Source: a virus (lineage: Duplodnaviria > Caudoviricetes). Taken from it: DNA of 34,916 nucleotides. The first letter of the stretch is position 1; each line of letters starts with the position of its first letter. The notes under the pieces were generated by a model. It did no database searches, had not been told where the DNA came from, and was given only the letters and a program-made list of their open reading frames with translations. A program made the translations under genes and the position numbers. Positions 18,478-26,060 of the stretch are shown one piece after another. The stretch lies in the IMG/VR virus record IMGVR_UViG_3300029822_000042, positions 1-34,916 of that record; one strand, given 5' to 3'.

Positions 18478-19415
18478 CTACAATGACAAAGCCTTCCTCA
18501 GTGCCCACTTGGGCGACAGATGCCGCGGCCCAGATTGCAACACCTCCCGCAGGAAAACAAGCTATCGGGTGGCAACCGGCGGAGCCCCTTCCCGCCCAGC
18601 ATCTCAACTGGCTCTTCAAGGCAATCATCGAGTGGCTTCCATGGCTTCGCGATTTCGAGTCAACAGGTCATACTTGGCCGGCACTCCAGCGACTCAACGG
18701 CGAGGCCGGCGACACCAACCCCGCCGTCGTGTTCGACGGGCCCATCACGACGCGCAAGCTCGTCCACGAGTGGCAGTCCCTCAGCCACGCCATCCGCCTC
18801 TACATCACAGCGGCCAGTACGCTCGAGCTTGTCACCAACGCCCGCTGGGACGGCTCGACGTGGATCATGGAGGAGACTAGCTGGGCTGCAGCTTCCCGCC
18901 TGCGTCTTTCTCGCGATGGTCTTCGCCTCTCCGTCTTTGACGGTACAGGGAACTTCCTCGACACAGCCTGGAACGATGTCGTCAGCCTCCCGGATGACGG
19001 ATACCTCAAGATCCTAAACCCGGGGACACTGTCAAATCCGAGCTTTGCAACACCTCAGCGTAACAAGCTCTGCGCTATGAACATCACGAAGGTTTGGGCC
19101 ACCTGCGAGTTCTATGGACAGTCGCCCGTCACGTTCAAGGTGAAGGACGGCTTCAACGTCGATAGCTTGACTTCCTCACCGACCAATGCCAACTGGTTTC
19201 GGCTGGTCTTCGCCTCTCCGATGACTGGCAACAACTACGCTGTGTCTGGATCTTCTGGGATACTGGCTGATGGAAAGAGCGCTTTCATCGTTGTGTGCGC
19301 TAAAGCTGAAGGCTACCTTGACTTCGTTTTGGTTGACACCGATAATGTCCCACGAGGTGCAATGAGCGGTGAAACACTTCTCTTCGACATTCACATCGAC
19401 GGAAAGCAGGCCTAG
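18474..19415 (+). CDS. Tail fibre protein
   Basis: N-terminal P.WA...GW.P.E..PAQHLNWLF fibre anchor motif; beta-rich C-terminus. Confidence 0.8.
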   Translation: MTTMTKPSSVPTWATDAAAQIATPPAGKQAIGWQPAEPLPAQHLNWLFKAIIEWLPWLRDFESTGHTWPALQRLNGEAGDTNPAVVFDGPITTRKLVHEWQSLSHAIRLYITAASTLELVTNARWDGSTWIMEETSWAAASRLRLSRDGLRLSVFDGTGNFLDTAWNDVVSLPDDGYLKILNPGTLSNPSFATPQRNKLCAMNITKVWATCEFYGQSPVTFKVKDGFNVDSLTSSPTNANWFRLVFASPMTGNNYAVSGSSGILADGKSAFIVVCAKAEGYLDFVLVDTDNVPRGAMSGETLLFDIHIDGKQA

Positions 19416-19466
19416 ACGGAATACTTCATCATGGCGTGGCCCTACGTTTCACACTGAAAAGGAGCA

Positions 19467-20135
19467 GTGCAGATGATCAAGACGATTGCAGTTCTCACAG
19501 CGTTGGCGTTCGGACCCTTGGTCCCGGTGGCAGCCCCCGCCGCTACGACGCAGGCCCAACTCGAGGAGCGGGTGGCCCAACCCCCGCCCGTCACCACTGC
19601 GACGGAGGCTGCCGTGTTGGTGGCGCCCGCCCCCGGGTCCGACCTCGCGCCGCTCGGCATTCCGGCCAGCACCTGGATCAAGCTTCTCGGTGTGCTGTTC
19701 ATGGTCGTAATCGCACTGCTGTCGGCCCTCGTCTGGAAGGCCTCGGCTCGCGACAAGAAGCTGCAGATGCTCGGGTGGATGGACTGGGCGTACTACGCGG
19801 GAACGGAGTTCGCGGCTAAGACGCCGAACATCATCGACGACCTCGTCGCCGCGGGCATCGGAGAGTTGCGCGAGGTGTTGGCCCGCGACCTTGGCATCCA
19901 GCTGAACCAGAAGCAGCTGACCGGCCTCGCCCTTCTGAGTCAGAAGGTGAAAGTGACGCAGCAGGTGGCACGCGAGGCAGTCGACCGATGGACGGCAATC
20001 TCGGGTGCTGCCAAGGAGGAGGCCAAGACCCGCGCCTTGGCCGTCGAGCTCGCAACCCCCAAGCCGCAGACCCCTGTGGACAACGGTCCCACTGCCACGC
20101 GGGGCTTGAGTGGGAAGCCCTGGGACCGCCCTTAG
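19467..20135 (+). CDS. Membrane protein, possibly holin-like
   Basis: Signal-like N-terminus, Ala/Pro linker, TM helix WIKLLGVLFMVVIALLSALVW, KTPNIIDD motif; AAGGAG RBS; end of the late operon. Confidence 0.55.
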   Translation: MQMIKTIAVLTALAFGPLVPVAAPAATTQAQLEERVAQPPPVTTATEAAVLVAPAPGSDLAPLGIPASTWIKLLGVLFMVVIALLSALVWKASARDKKLQMLGWMDWAYYAGTEFAAKTPNIIDDLVAAGIGELREVLARDLGIQLNQKQLTGLALLSQKVKVTQQVAREAVDRWTAISGAAKEEAKTRALAVELATPKPQTPVDNGPTATRGLSGKPWDRP

Positions 20136-20362
20136 ATGCCCCTCGCCAAGAGGTGAGTGAGGGGCTTGACAGGGCTATGGCACTTGACCTCCGGAGCGGC
20201 TATGTCGAGGCTGTAATCGGCGTGACCGCACTCGGACCAGCCGCACGCCTCGAGGCTGGCTACCATCCCTTCAACCGTTTGTCAGCCTTTGGCTTCGGTC
20301 AGTGGTCGCAGGCAGGTGGGGCGATGGCAGGTGTCGGTGCCTGCTTGACATTTGACCTATAA
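20129..20362 (+). CDS. Beta-strand-rich ORF, either a -1 frameshift extension of the membrane gene or a 61-aa gene from ATG 20177
   Basis: Open -1 frame fills the gap to the terminator; alternating hydrophobic pattern GYVEAVIGV / ARLEAGYHP / LSAFGFGQW / AGVGACLTF. Confidence 0.55.
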   Translation, partial: PLDAPRQEVSEGLDRAMALDLRSGYVEAVIGVTALGPAARLEAGYHPFNRLSAFGFGQWSQAGGAMAGVGACLTFDL

Positions 20363-20369
20363 CGTAGCT

Positions 20370-20411
20370 GGCCCCGGAGGCAACCCCTCCGGGGCCTTTC
20401 CTTTTGCCTTT
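20370..20411 (+). terminator. Rho-independent terminator ending the structural arm
   Basis: 11-bp stem GGCCCCGGAGG/CCTCCGGGGCC followed by TTTCCTTTTGCCTTT. Confidence 0.85.
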
Positions 20412-20691
20412 ACCCCAAAATACAAATAATGTACGTTGCCATTTGGTGCCTGTCACGTTTCCGGACAGGGGGTAAGGTGTTGGTAAGGGGTAAAAGTGGG
20501 GCACCGAGGGTGAGTTGCCCCGGTGCCCCTAGTCTTATGCCTTTTTCTTACCGAACGACCTACCGACGGCTATACCGGCACTGAATCCGGTGAGGTACGC
20601 GGTACGGAGTGCCCTGCTGCTTTTGTGCTTCACGTCGTTACTCCTGTGAGGGTTGGGCACCCCGGCTGTTGCCAGGGTGCCCGAGGCGGTG

Positions 20692-20904
20692 CTACTTCAG
20701 GGTGCCCTGCTCGTAGGCCAGGGCCTTCTCGAAGAGGTCGCGTGCCACAGCGACACGGTTGAAAACCAGCTGGCGGCGGGCCGCTGCGAGGAGCTTCTTC
20801 GCCTGCTTGTTCTGCAGTGTGGTAACGACCTGAGCCATCTCCCAGTTGAGGAGGCGCCGCTGGCGGGTCGTGAAGTCGAGGTCCTTCCAGTTCTTCGCGT
20901 TCAT
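20692..20904 (-). CDS. Small basic helical hypothetical protein
   Basis: 70 aa, strong codon bias, AAGGG RBS, upstream promoter-like element, downstream hairpin 20655-20682. Confidence 0.7.
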   Translation of the reverse strand: MNAKNWKDLDFTTRQRRLLNWEMAQVVTTLQNKQAKKLLAAARRQLVFNRVAVARDLFEKALAYEQGTLK

Positions 20905-20953
20905 GTTGTGCCCTTGTGTGGTTGGGGTGCTTCAGTGCGCCACCAACAAGAAC

Positions 20954-21007
20954 ACTCTACACGCAGCGACCGGCGTAGCGCAAGGAAAAAGCGCAACGCC
21001 GGTCGCT
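20954..21007 (-). promoter_or_regulatory. Putative sigma70 promoter overlapped by a 17-bp inverted repeat
   Basis: TTGCGC-N18-TAGAGT on the minus strand; inverted repeat 20965-20981 / 20991-21007 with one mismatch. Confidence 0.5.
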
Positions 21008-21137
21008 TTTCTAGTGAGTCGAGGTATGCGATGAAGTCTAGGTCTCCGTGCGACCAATGAGGCGTGAGGTCCTTCCGCAGCCGCGTCGAGACAGGGTAGA
21101 GTGCCGCGCGGGGCTGTATGAGGCACTTGTGCGGCTC

Positions 21138-21413
21138 TCAGCACGATGCACACAGGGGGCACTCGGGGTCATAGGCACTGTCAAGCACTTTCTCACCGCA
21201 CCGCGCACAAACGATACCTTCCGTCATAGCTACCTCCGCCGGCATCCAAGGTTCCCGGTCCGGTGTCAAACACCTTGCCATATCACAGCACCGCTGGCAA
21301 GCAGTTTGTTCGTGGGCACACCTTACCACGTCTCCTCGACCGTCTATCAGGGACACCCTGGACAGCCTCGCCCCGTAGCCGTTCACTGGCCCGCCATCGC
21401 TCCTCAGCCCCAT
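21138..21413 (-). CDS. Small Cys-rich hypothetical protein (a 29-aa zinc-ribbon ORF may start internally at 21227)
   Basis: GAGGAGG RBS before ATG 21413; CxxC pairs (CARC, CPLC); a second GGAGG before MTEGIV. Confidence 0.4.
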   Translation of the reverse strand: MGLRSDGGPVNGYGARLSRVSLIDGRGDVVRCAHEQTACQRCCDMARCLTPDREPWMPAEVAMTEGIVCARCGEKVLDSAYDPECPLCASC

Positions 21414-21681
21414 TTTAGCCTTCCTCCTCTTCGATCTGCTCCCACGACTTGAAGGTGGCGGTCTTCGGGTTCGTCCGACCCTTGGGCGAGGACCAGATGC
21501 CGGCGTCACACTGGATCTCCCGGCAACTGTTATCCTCGGCCCCTCGAGAGGACCGAGCATCTGGGCGCCCGAGCTATCCGCGGATTTGCTCGTCTGCCGC
21601 TACGACGTTGGAGGCCCGCCAAGGCCCCGCGTCGCCAATGCTCGGCCCTACCGAGGAGCCGAGGAGCTCCCGGCATCCTCG

Positions 21682-23685
21682 TCAAGCGACTTCCTTAACG
21701 CCACCCCAGTTCGGCCCTACGTCGAGCCCAGCAAGGACCGGGATGCGGAGGGGGATGGCTGTCTCCATTATATGTCGCATCTCCCTGAAGGCCTCGTCCA
21801 CGACGTGACCGCCAGGGTCGCTAAAGTCAAGCTCGTCGTGAACCATGAGGCGGGGGACCCCTGTCACCGCAAATACGCCTGACTTGTAGCACTTGAGCAT
21901 GGCCATCTTGGCGAGGTCAGCTGCCGACCCCTGGAGTAGACGGTTGAGGGCCTTGTGTTGGTACGCACGCTTGACCTTACCATAGTGGAGGATGGCCTCA
22001 CCATACGGCAGGGCAGGAGCCCGGTCCTCGTCGCCTCGGCCCCACGAGTCGGGCTCCCAAAGGTCGAAGCGGCTGCGCCGGCCGAGGATGGTCTGGATGA
22101 CCCCTGTGGACGACGCTTGGTTCATGGCCCAGCGCATTGTCGGCTTGACAAACGGGACGCCGCGATGGTAGGCCTCGAGGAAGTGCTTTGCGGCCTTCTC
22201 CCCAAGCTTCAAGTCATGGGCAAGCTTCTCTTCCCCCATACCGAACACAAGGCCGAAGTTTACGTTCTTGACCGGGCGGCGGTCAAGCTTTTGGTTAAGC
22301 TCCTTCTCAATGAGTTCCTGTGTGAACGCATGGTAATCAGTCGCGGGGTTGGTGATGTATCGTAGGCGCGCCTCGTCCGACCCCGGTCCGACGGCATAGT
22401 GGACAAGGAAACGGTACTCAATCTGTGAGTAGTCGTATTTCCTCCACCTCTCGTGACCGGGATCGATGGTGAAGGCCCTTCGCACCTTCTTGCCCAGCTC
22501 CGACCGAACGGGGATGTTCTGGAGGTTAGGGTTTGAACTTGAGAAGCGGCCTGACCGCGTGCCACCGTCATCACCCCGCAAGGGGTGGAAGGAGCAGTAA
22601 ATCTTGCCATTGACATTACTGTTGAGTATGTAGCTCTCGAGGAAGGTGCCCCGGATCTTGTGCAGGTGCCTTATCTCTGTGATGAGCTTGGGCACTGGAT
22701 GGTCGAGCTTCTCGAGGTAGTCTTTCTTAAAGCTGGGCTTCCCACCCTTAGTCCGGGGATATGGCAACCCGACCTTGTCAAAGGCCTTGACTATAGAGGC
22801 AGGAGCGTTCACGCTTACCTGTACGCCCGCAAGGTTGTCAAGCTCCCTGTTGAGTCGAGTGGCCTCTCCTTCCAGCTCGTCGCGCAGTTGTGTGGCCTCC
22901 TCAATGTCCACAGTCACGCCAGCGTAGCGCATGTCGACGAGTAATCGTATGAGCTCGCACTCCATACGGAATAGGTCGACAAGCCCCTGGGAGGCGAGTT
23001 TCTCGTGGAGTATGGGGGCGAGGCGGATGGGGAGGTCGGCATCACCTTCACCATACGGTCCGACCAGCCGCGGCGGTGCCCGGTAGAGGTCCTTCCTCCA
23101 GACCTTGTCGGAGGTGCCATAGAAGTCCTTGCACCATTGCTTGACAACCTCGGCGACCTTACCTTCTCCTAGATACTTACGGGACAGCACTTCGAGGTTG
23201 ACAAGCGCCCGTTCATCCAGTAGGGCCTCGGCAAACTGCACGTCCACAAGCTCGCCAGCAACCTCAATCCCCTCACTGCGCAAAGCCCCTACATCATAGA
23301 TAAGGTTCGCCCCGACCTTGGGCTGCAGGGGGTTTGACAAGGTGTCCCGGAGCCACGCAAGGGCGCGGTCAGGGTTGAGGTTCATCTCCGGCTCAACAGT
23401 GTGGCGGATGGGAAAGTAGCCCCGATAACCGTCCCCAGTGCCAACGCTAAAGCCGCAGATGTAACCCTTGCCCCGTGCCCAAAACGGGCCGTTTGTGTCG
23501 AGCTCGGGGTCGTATGCCTCAACGTCGACGGACAACACACGCGCCGCGGAGAGGTTGGGGTAATACGCTGGCGGCCGCCATCCTGTTTCAGGGATTGGCG
23601 GCATCGGCCGGACGGTGGCCGCCCTCTTGCGCCCCTGGGAGGGGAGGTCCTGCCAAAAGAGCCCAACGTTGTCAAAGCGACTCAT
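21682..23685 (-). CDS. polA: DNA polymerase, family A, with 3'-5' exonuclease domain
   Basis: Exo motifs DVE, NLIYD, YGEGD; polymerase motifs SGRFSSSNPNLQNIP, DYSQIEYR, KNVNFG, LLQGSAAD, VHDEL. Confidence 0.95.
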   Translation of the reverse strand: MSRFDNVGLFWQDLPSQGRKRAATVRPMPPIPETGWRPPAYYPNLSAARVLSVDVEAYDPELDTNGPFWARGKGYICGFSVGTGDGYRGYFPIRHTVEPEMNLNPDRALAWLRDTLSNPLQPKVGANLIYDVGALRSEGIEVAGELVDVQFAEALLDERALVNLEVLSRKYLGEGKVAEVVKQWCKDFYGTSDKVWRKDLYRAPPRLVGPYGEGDADLPIRLAPILHEKLASQGLVDLFRMECELIRLLVDMRYAGVTVDIEEATQLRDELEGEATRLNRELDNLAGVQVSVNAPASIVKAFDKVGLPYPRTKGGKPSFKKDYLEKLDHPVPKLITEIRHLHKIRGTFLESYILNSNVNGKIYCSFHPLRGDDGGTRSGRFSSSNPNLQNIPVRSELGKKVRRAFTIDPGHERWRKYDYSQIEYRFLVHYAVGPGSDEARLRYITNPATDYHAFTQELIEKELNQKLDRRPVKNVNFGLVFGMGEEKLAHDLKLGEKAAKHFLEAYHRGVPFVKPTMRWAMNQASSTGVIQTILGRRSRFDLWEPDSWGRGDEDRAPALPYGEAILHYGKVKRAYQHKALNRLLQGSAADLAKMAMLKCYKSGVFAVTGVPRLMVHDELDFSDPGGHVVDEAFREMRHIMETAIPLRIPVLAGLDVGPNWGGVKEVA

Positions 23686-24638
23686 GCATACATCCCGACG
23701 ACGACACCCCGAAGCATGTCACCGAACCAAGGGCACGCCGCAGGGTACGGTTCGAAATCTATGGTCTTGACAACCTTGCGGAGAAGGAGTAGCTGCTCGA
23801 TGTTGAAGCACCCCTTCGATGGCAGGCCCTCGACCTCTACGGAGGCCCCACAGTCTTCCGCTGTACCTGTGGACACACGACTCCCGAGCATGTAGCCCCG
23901 ACAGTCATCGCCGGCGAAGGGTTTTAGTGACTCAAGGGCCTCGAATAGGCCCTCCGGCACAGGCTGGGGCTTGCAGCCTTCACCAGTGTCAAGCACGCGG
24001 TCGACGTCCGGCCATTCCGTCGTCGACAGCTGCGACCGCAGCCAGCGCCCCGACTCGTAGAGGAACGTAATTGACGACTCGCCGACCTGTATCTTGGATG
24101 GCTGTTCGCCAATACGAATGAGCTCGGCGACGGCGTCCTTCGGCACGTTAATCTCGACCGGGAAGGGGACGCCCATCCACCGCTGTGCCAAGATGATGTT
24201 ATTGGTGACGTAAGCCGATTGCCCCCGGAAGAGGATGCCACGAGCCCAAGGGCGGGAGGCATCCTCGGCAATGAAGGGTGCCAACACTGTGAGGACATCT
24301 ACCATCCCAGCAGGTGCTTCGATTATTTGGCCCTCCGGCTCAATCCTTGGGAACTCATCTTGGCAACACTCGACATAGGCGGTGAACTTACCACTCTTAA
24401 CAGCGAGGCGCCCCGACGGGGTCATATGAAGCTGGACGGTATCCTTGCAGGTCTGGATTGCCTTAATGAACGGTGTTGCCCGCGGGTTACAGTCGATATC
24501 GAGAGCTATGGGGCTTGACAGAGCCATCGTCCCGTTGTAGCCGAGGATGGTGCCGCCCTTAATGCGAAAGTGAGTGAGGGCGGGGATAAAGTCTTTACGG
24601 GCGACGGCACCTTGGACGAACTTGAGGTCGTTGATCAC
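23682..24638 (-). CDS. DNA polymerase III beta-subunit-like sliding clamp
   Basis: 318 aa with a repeated-domain pattern (IPALTHF, EFPRI, DASRPWARGILF, WPDVDRVL, RGVVVGM); translationally coupled to the polymerase. Confidence 0.75.
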   Translation of the reverse strand: MINDLKFVQGAVARKDFIPALTHFRIKGGTILGYNGTMALSSPIALDIDCNPRATPFIKAIQTCKDTVQLHMTPSGRLAVKSGKFTAYVECCQDEFPRIEPEGQIIEAPAGMVDVLTVLAPFIAEDASRPWARGILFRGQSAYVTNNIILAQRWMGVPFPVEINVPKDAVAELIRIGEQPSKIQVGESSITFLYESGRWLRSQLSTTEWPDVDRVLDTGEGCKPQPVPEGLFEALESLKPFAGDDCRGYMLGSRVSTGTAEDCGASVEVEGLPSKGCFNIEQLLLLRKVVKTIDFEPYPAACPWFGDMLRGVVVGMYA

Positions 24639-25048
24639 GGCGTAAGCTCCCTTGCATCCCAGCCTGCCAGGAATGCCCTGTCCTTGTCCCGGTCAGCCCA
24701 ACGCTTAAGCTCGATGATGGTGCTCGTTGTAGCCACTGGCACGCCTTGGATGGTGAGAAACGGCTGATTGAGAAAGCCAAGCCGGCTGCTATTGTCCTCA
24801 CAGTTAATATAGTCTACGCGGATACCGTACAGGGTTGCCTCTCCACTTCCAGTGGATGACCCCTCCTTTGGAGTCGCCGACATAGGCACGGACTCTACGA
24901 GGAAGTCAACGTCGTTTACTTTTTCGACGTTGTAGCCAAGCCACCGGAGCCCAGCTGTGCCCACAAGGACATGCCTAATCCCTTCCTGCTTCATTTTGGA
25001 CGACGCTTCAATGACTGCCTGTTTAACGTAATGCTCCCGGCTATGCAC
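24635..25048 (-). CDS. Minimal nucleotidyltransferase-like protein (pol-beta superfamily)
   Basis: VLVGTAGL...NDVDFLV (G-x-x-x...DxD), VDYI, ELKRWADRDKD; AAGGAG RBS with GTG start. Confidence 0.65.
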   Translation of the reverse strand: MHSREHYVKQAVIEASSKMKQEGIRHVLVGTAGLRWLGYNVEKVNDVDFLVESVPMSATPKEGSSTGSGEATLYGIRVDYINCEDNSSRLGFLNQPFLTIQGVPVATTSTIIELKRWADRDKDRAFLAGWDARELTP

Positions 25049-25058
25049 TAGGCGCTCC

Positions 25059-25970
25059 TTAGAACAGGGTTATTTGGTCTGGCTTGAAGGTGTGATTATT
25101 TAGGCTTCTTGCGATGTAGTTGTAGCTCCAGGCATTAAACGCCCAGCGCACAGCGTAGTCGGCTTGCAGCCTGTCAAGCGTAAAGCCGACCGACTCGACC
25201 AGCTTGGCCACGGCTTCCCGTTGCACTGCCGGGATGGTGTCGACGTGTTGGTTCGCAACCTTCCTGCTGGGGTGTTCTTTGGACACGTGAAGGATGCCGT
25301 GGCCAGGGATTTGGATGGCACCGTTGGACCCTATTTGGATCCACGAGGATGAGTCAACAGAGAACCAAGGGTAACGCTCCATGAGGCCAAGCGAGGTGAG
25401 GCCGAAGCCGTGAACCTTAATACGGGGGCGACCGGAACCATCGGTGAGGTAGCGTTCCCAAATCCTGTCAAGCCAAAAGTAGAGTTGGGGGTTAGCGATA
25501 GGCACCATGCCGCCGATCGTGATGTACTCGTAATTCTTGACGTAATGCTCGAGGTAGCGTTCGTCCTCACCATAGTGAAAGCACGGCAGCGGCCGAACAC
25601 CGTGCGCCTCCATCGTCATTTGGTTCTGGTAGGTCTTGAGGGGGTCGCCAATACCGTCGAGGACGGAGGCGAGGAGAGCATTGCCGTCGGTGGCTATGAT
25701 GTCACGATTTTGCTTAATATAGTCACAATATGCAACAATGTCTACCTCGATGCCCTGAGTATAGGCTGAGAAGGCCCCTGAGTCCAGGAACACGCGGGTT
25801 CCGTCGCGGCGAATCTTGTTGACATACTGGTCTTTATGGATGTAATGGTACGACTCGAGGATATGCGGCGCATGGTCCCGATGGTAGCGTTCCGACTCTG
25901 TCAAGCGCATGTAACCTGCGCCGCCCCACTGGAAGCTCGAGGTGTATGCCGCGGCAAGGTACAGGTTCAA
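25059..25970 (-). CDS. dpdA: DpdA-like DNA 7-deazaguanine transglycosylase (TGT fold)
   Basis: FLDSGAFS, VLDGIGD, PCFH, IGGMV, VHGFG, SVDSSSW motifs; adjacent to folE/queD/queC/queE; TTG start at 25970 behind GGAGG. Confidence 0.8.
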   Translation of the reverse strand: MNLYLAAAYTSSFQWGGAGYMRLTESERYHRDHAPHILESYHYIHKDQYVNKIRRDGTRVFLDSGAFSAYTQGIEVDIVAYCDYIKQNRDIIATDGNALLASVLDGIGDPLKTYQNQMTMEAHGVRPLPCFHYGEDERYLEHYVKNYEYITIGGMVPIANPQLYFWLDRIWERYLTDGSGRPRIKVHGFGLTSLGLMERYPWFSVDSSSWIQIGSNGAIQIPGHGILHVSKEHPSRKVANQHVDTIPAVQREAVAKLVESVGFTLDRLQADYAVRWAFNAWSYNYIARSLNNHTFKPDQITLF

Positions 25971-25984
25971 GGTGACCTCCAAAA

Positions 25985-26054
25985 GGGGTGCCCGGGACTC
26001 GAACTCCGGCGACAGGTGGCGGACTATCCCTGTCGGTGTGCCGTTACGCACCCC
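25985..26054 (-). ncRNA. tRNA-like (tmRNA tRNA-like-domain-like) structured RNA element
   Basis: 7-bp acceptor-like stem GGGGTGC/GCACCCC, unpaired GG-containing segment, 7-bp stem CGACAGG/CCTGTCG, T arm with TTCGAGT loop; no CCA. Confidence 0.6.
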
Positions 26055-26060
26055 GAACAA

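Noticed and set aside
18474-19415. Diversity-generating retroelement or invertible tail fibre cassette
   Set aside because: No reverse transcriptase, invertase or template/variable repeat pair was seen in the window
21415-21681. Stop-codon readthrough or genetic code reassignment extending polA
   Set aside because: The frame looks coding only near its end and needs both TGA and TAG to be read through; all three stops end well-defined genes elsewhere, so a gene remnant or chance is more likely
25985-26054. Calling the element a bona fide tRNA or tmRNA gene
   Set aside because: It has no D stem, 7-nt anticodon loop, CCA, G3.U70 or tag reading frame, so it is kept only as tRNA-like
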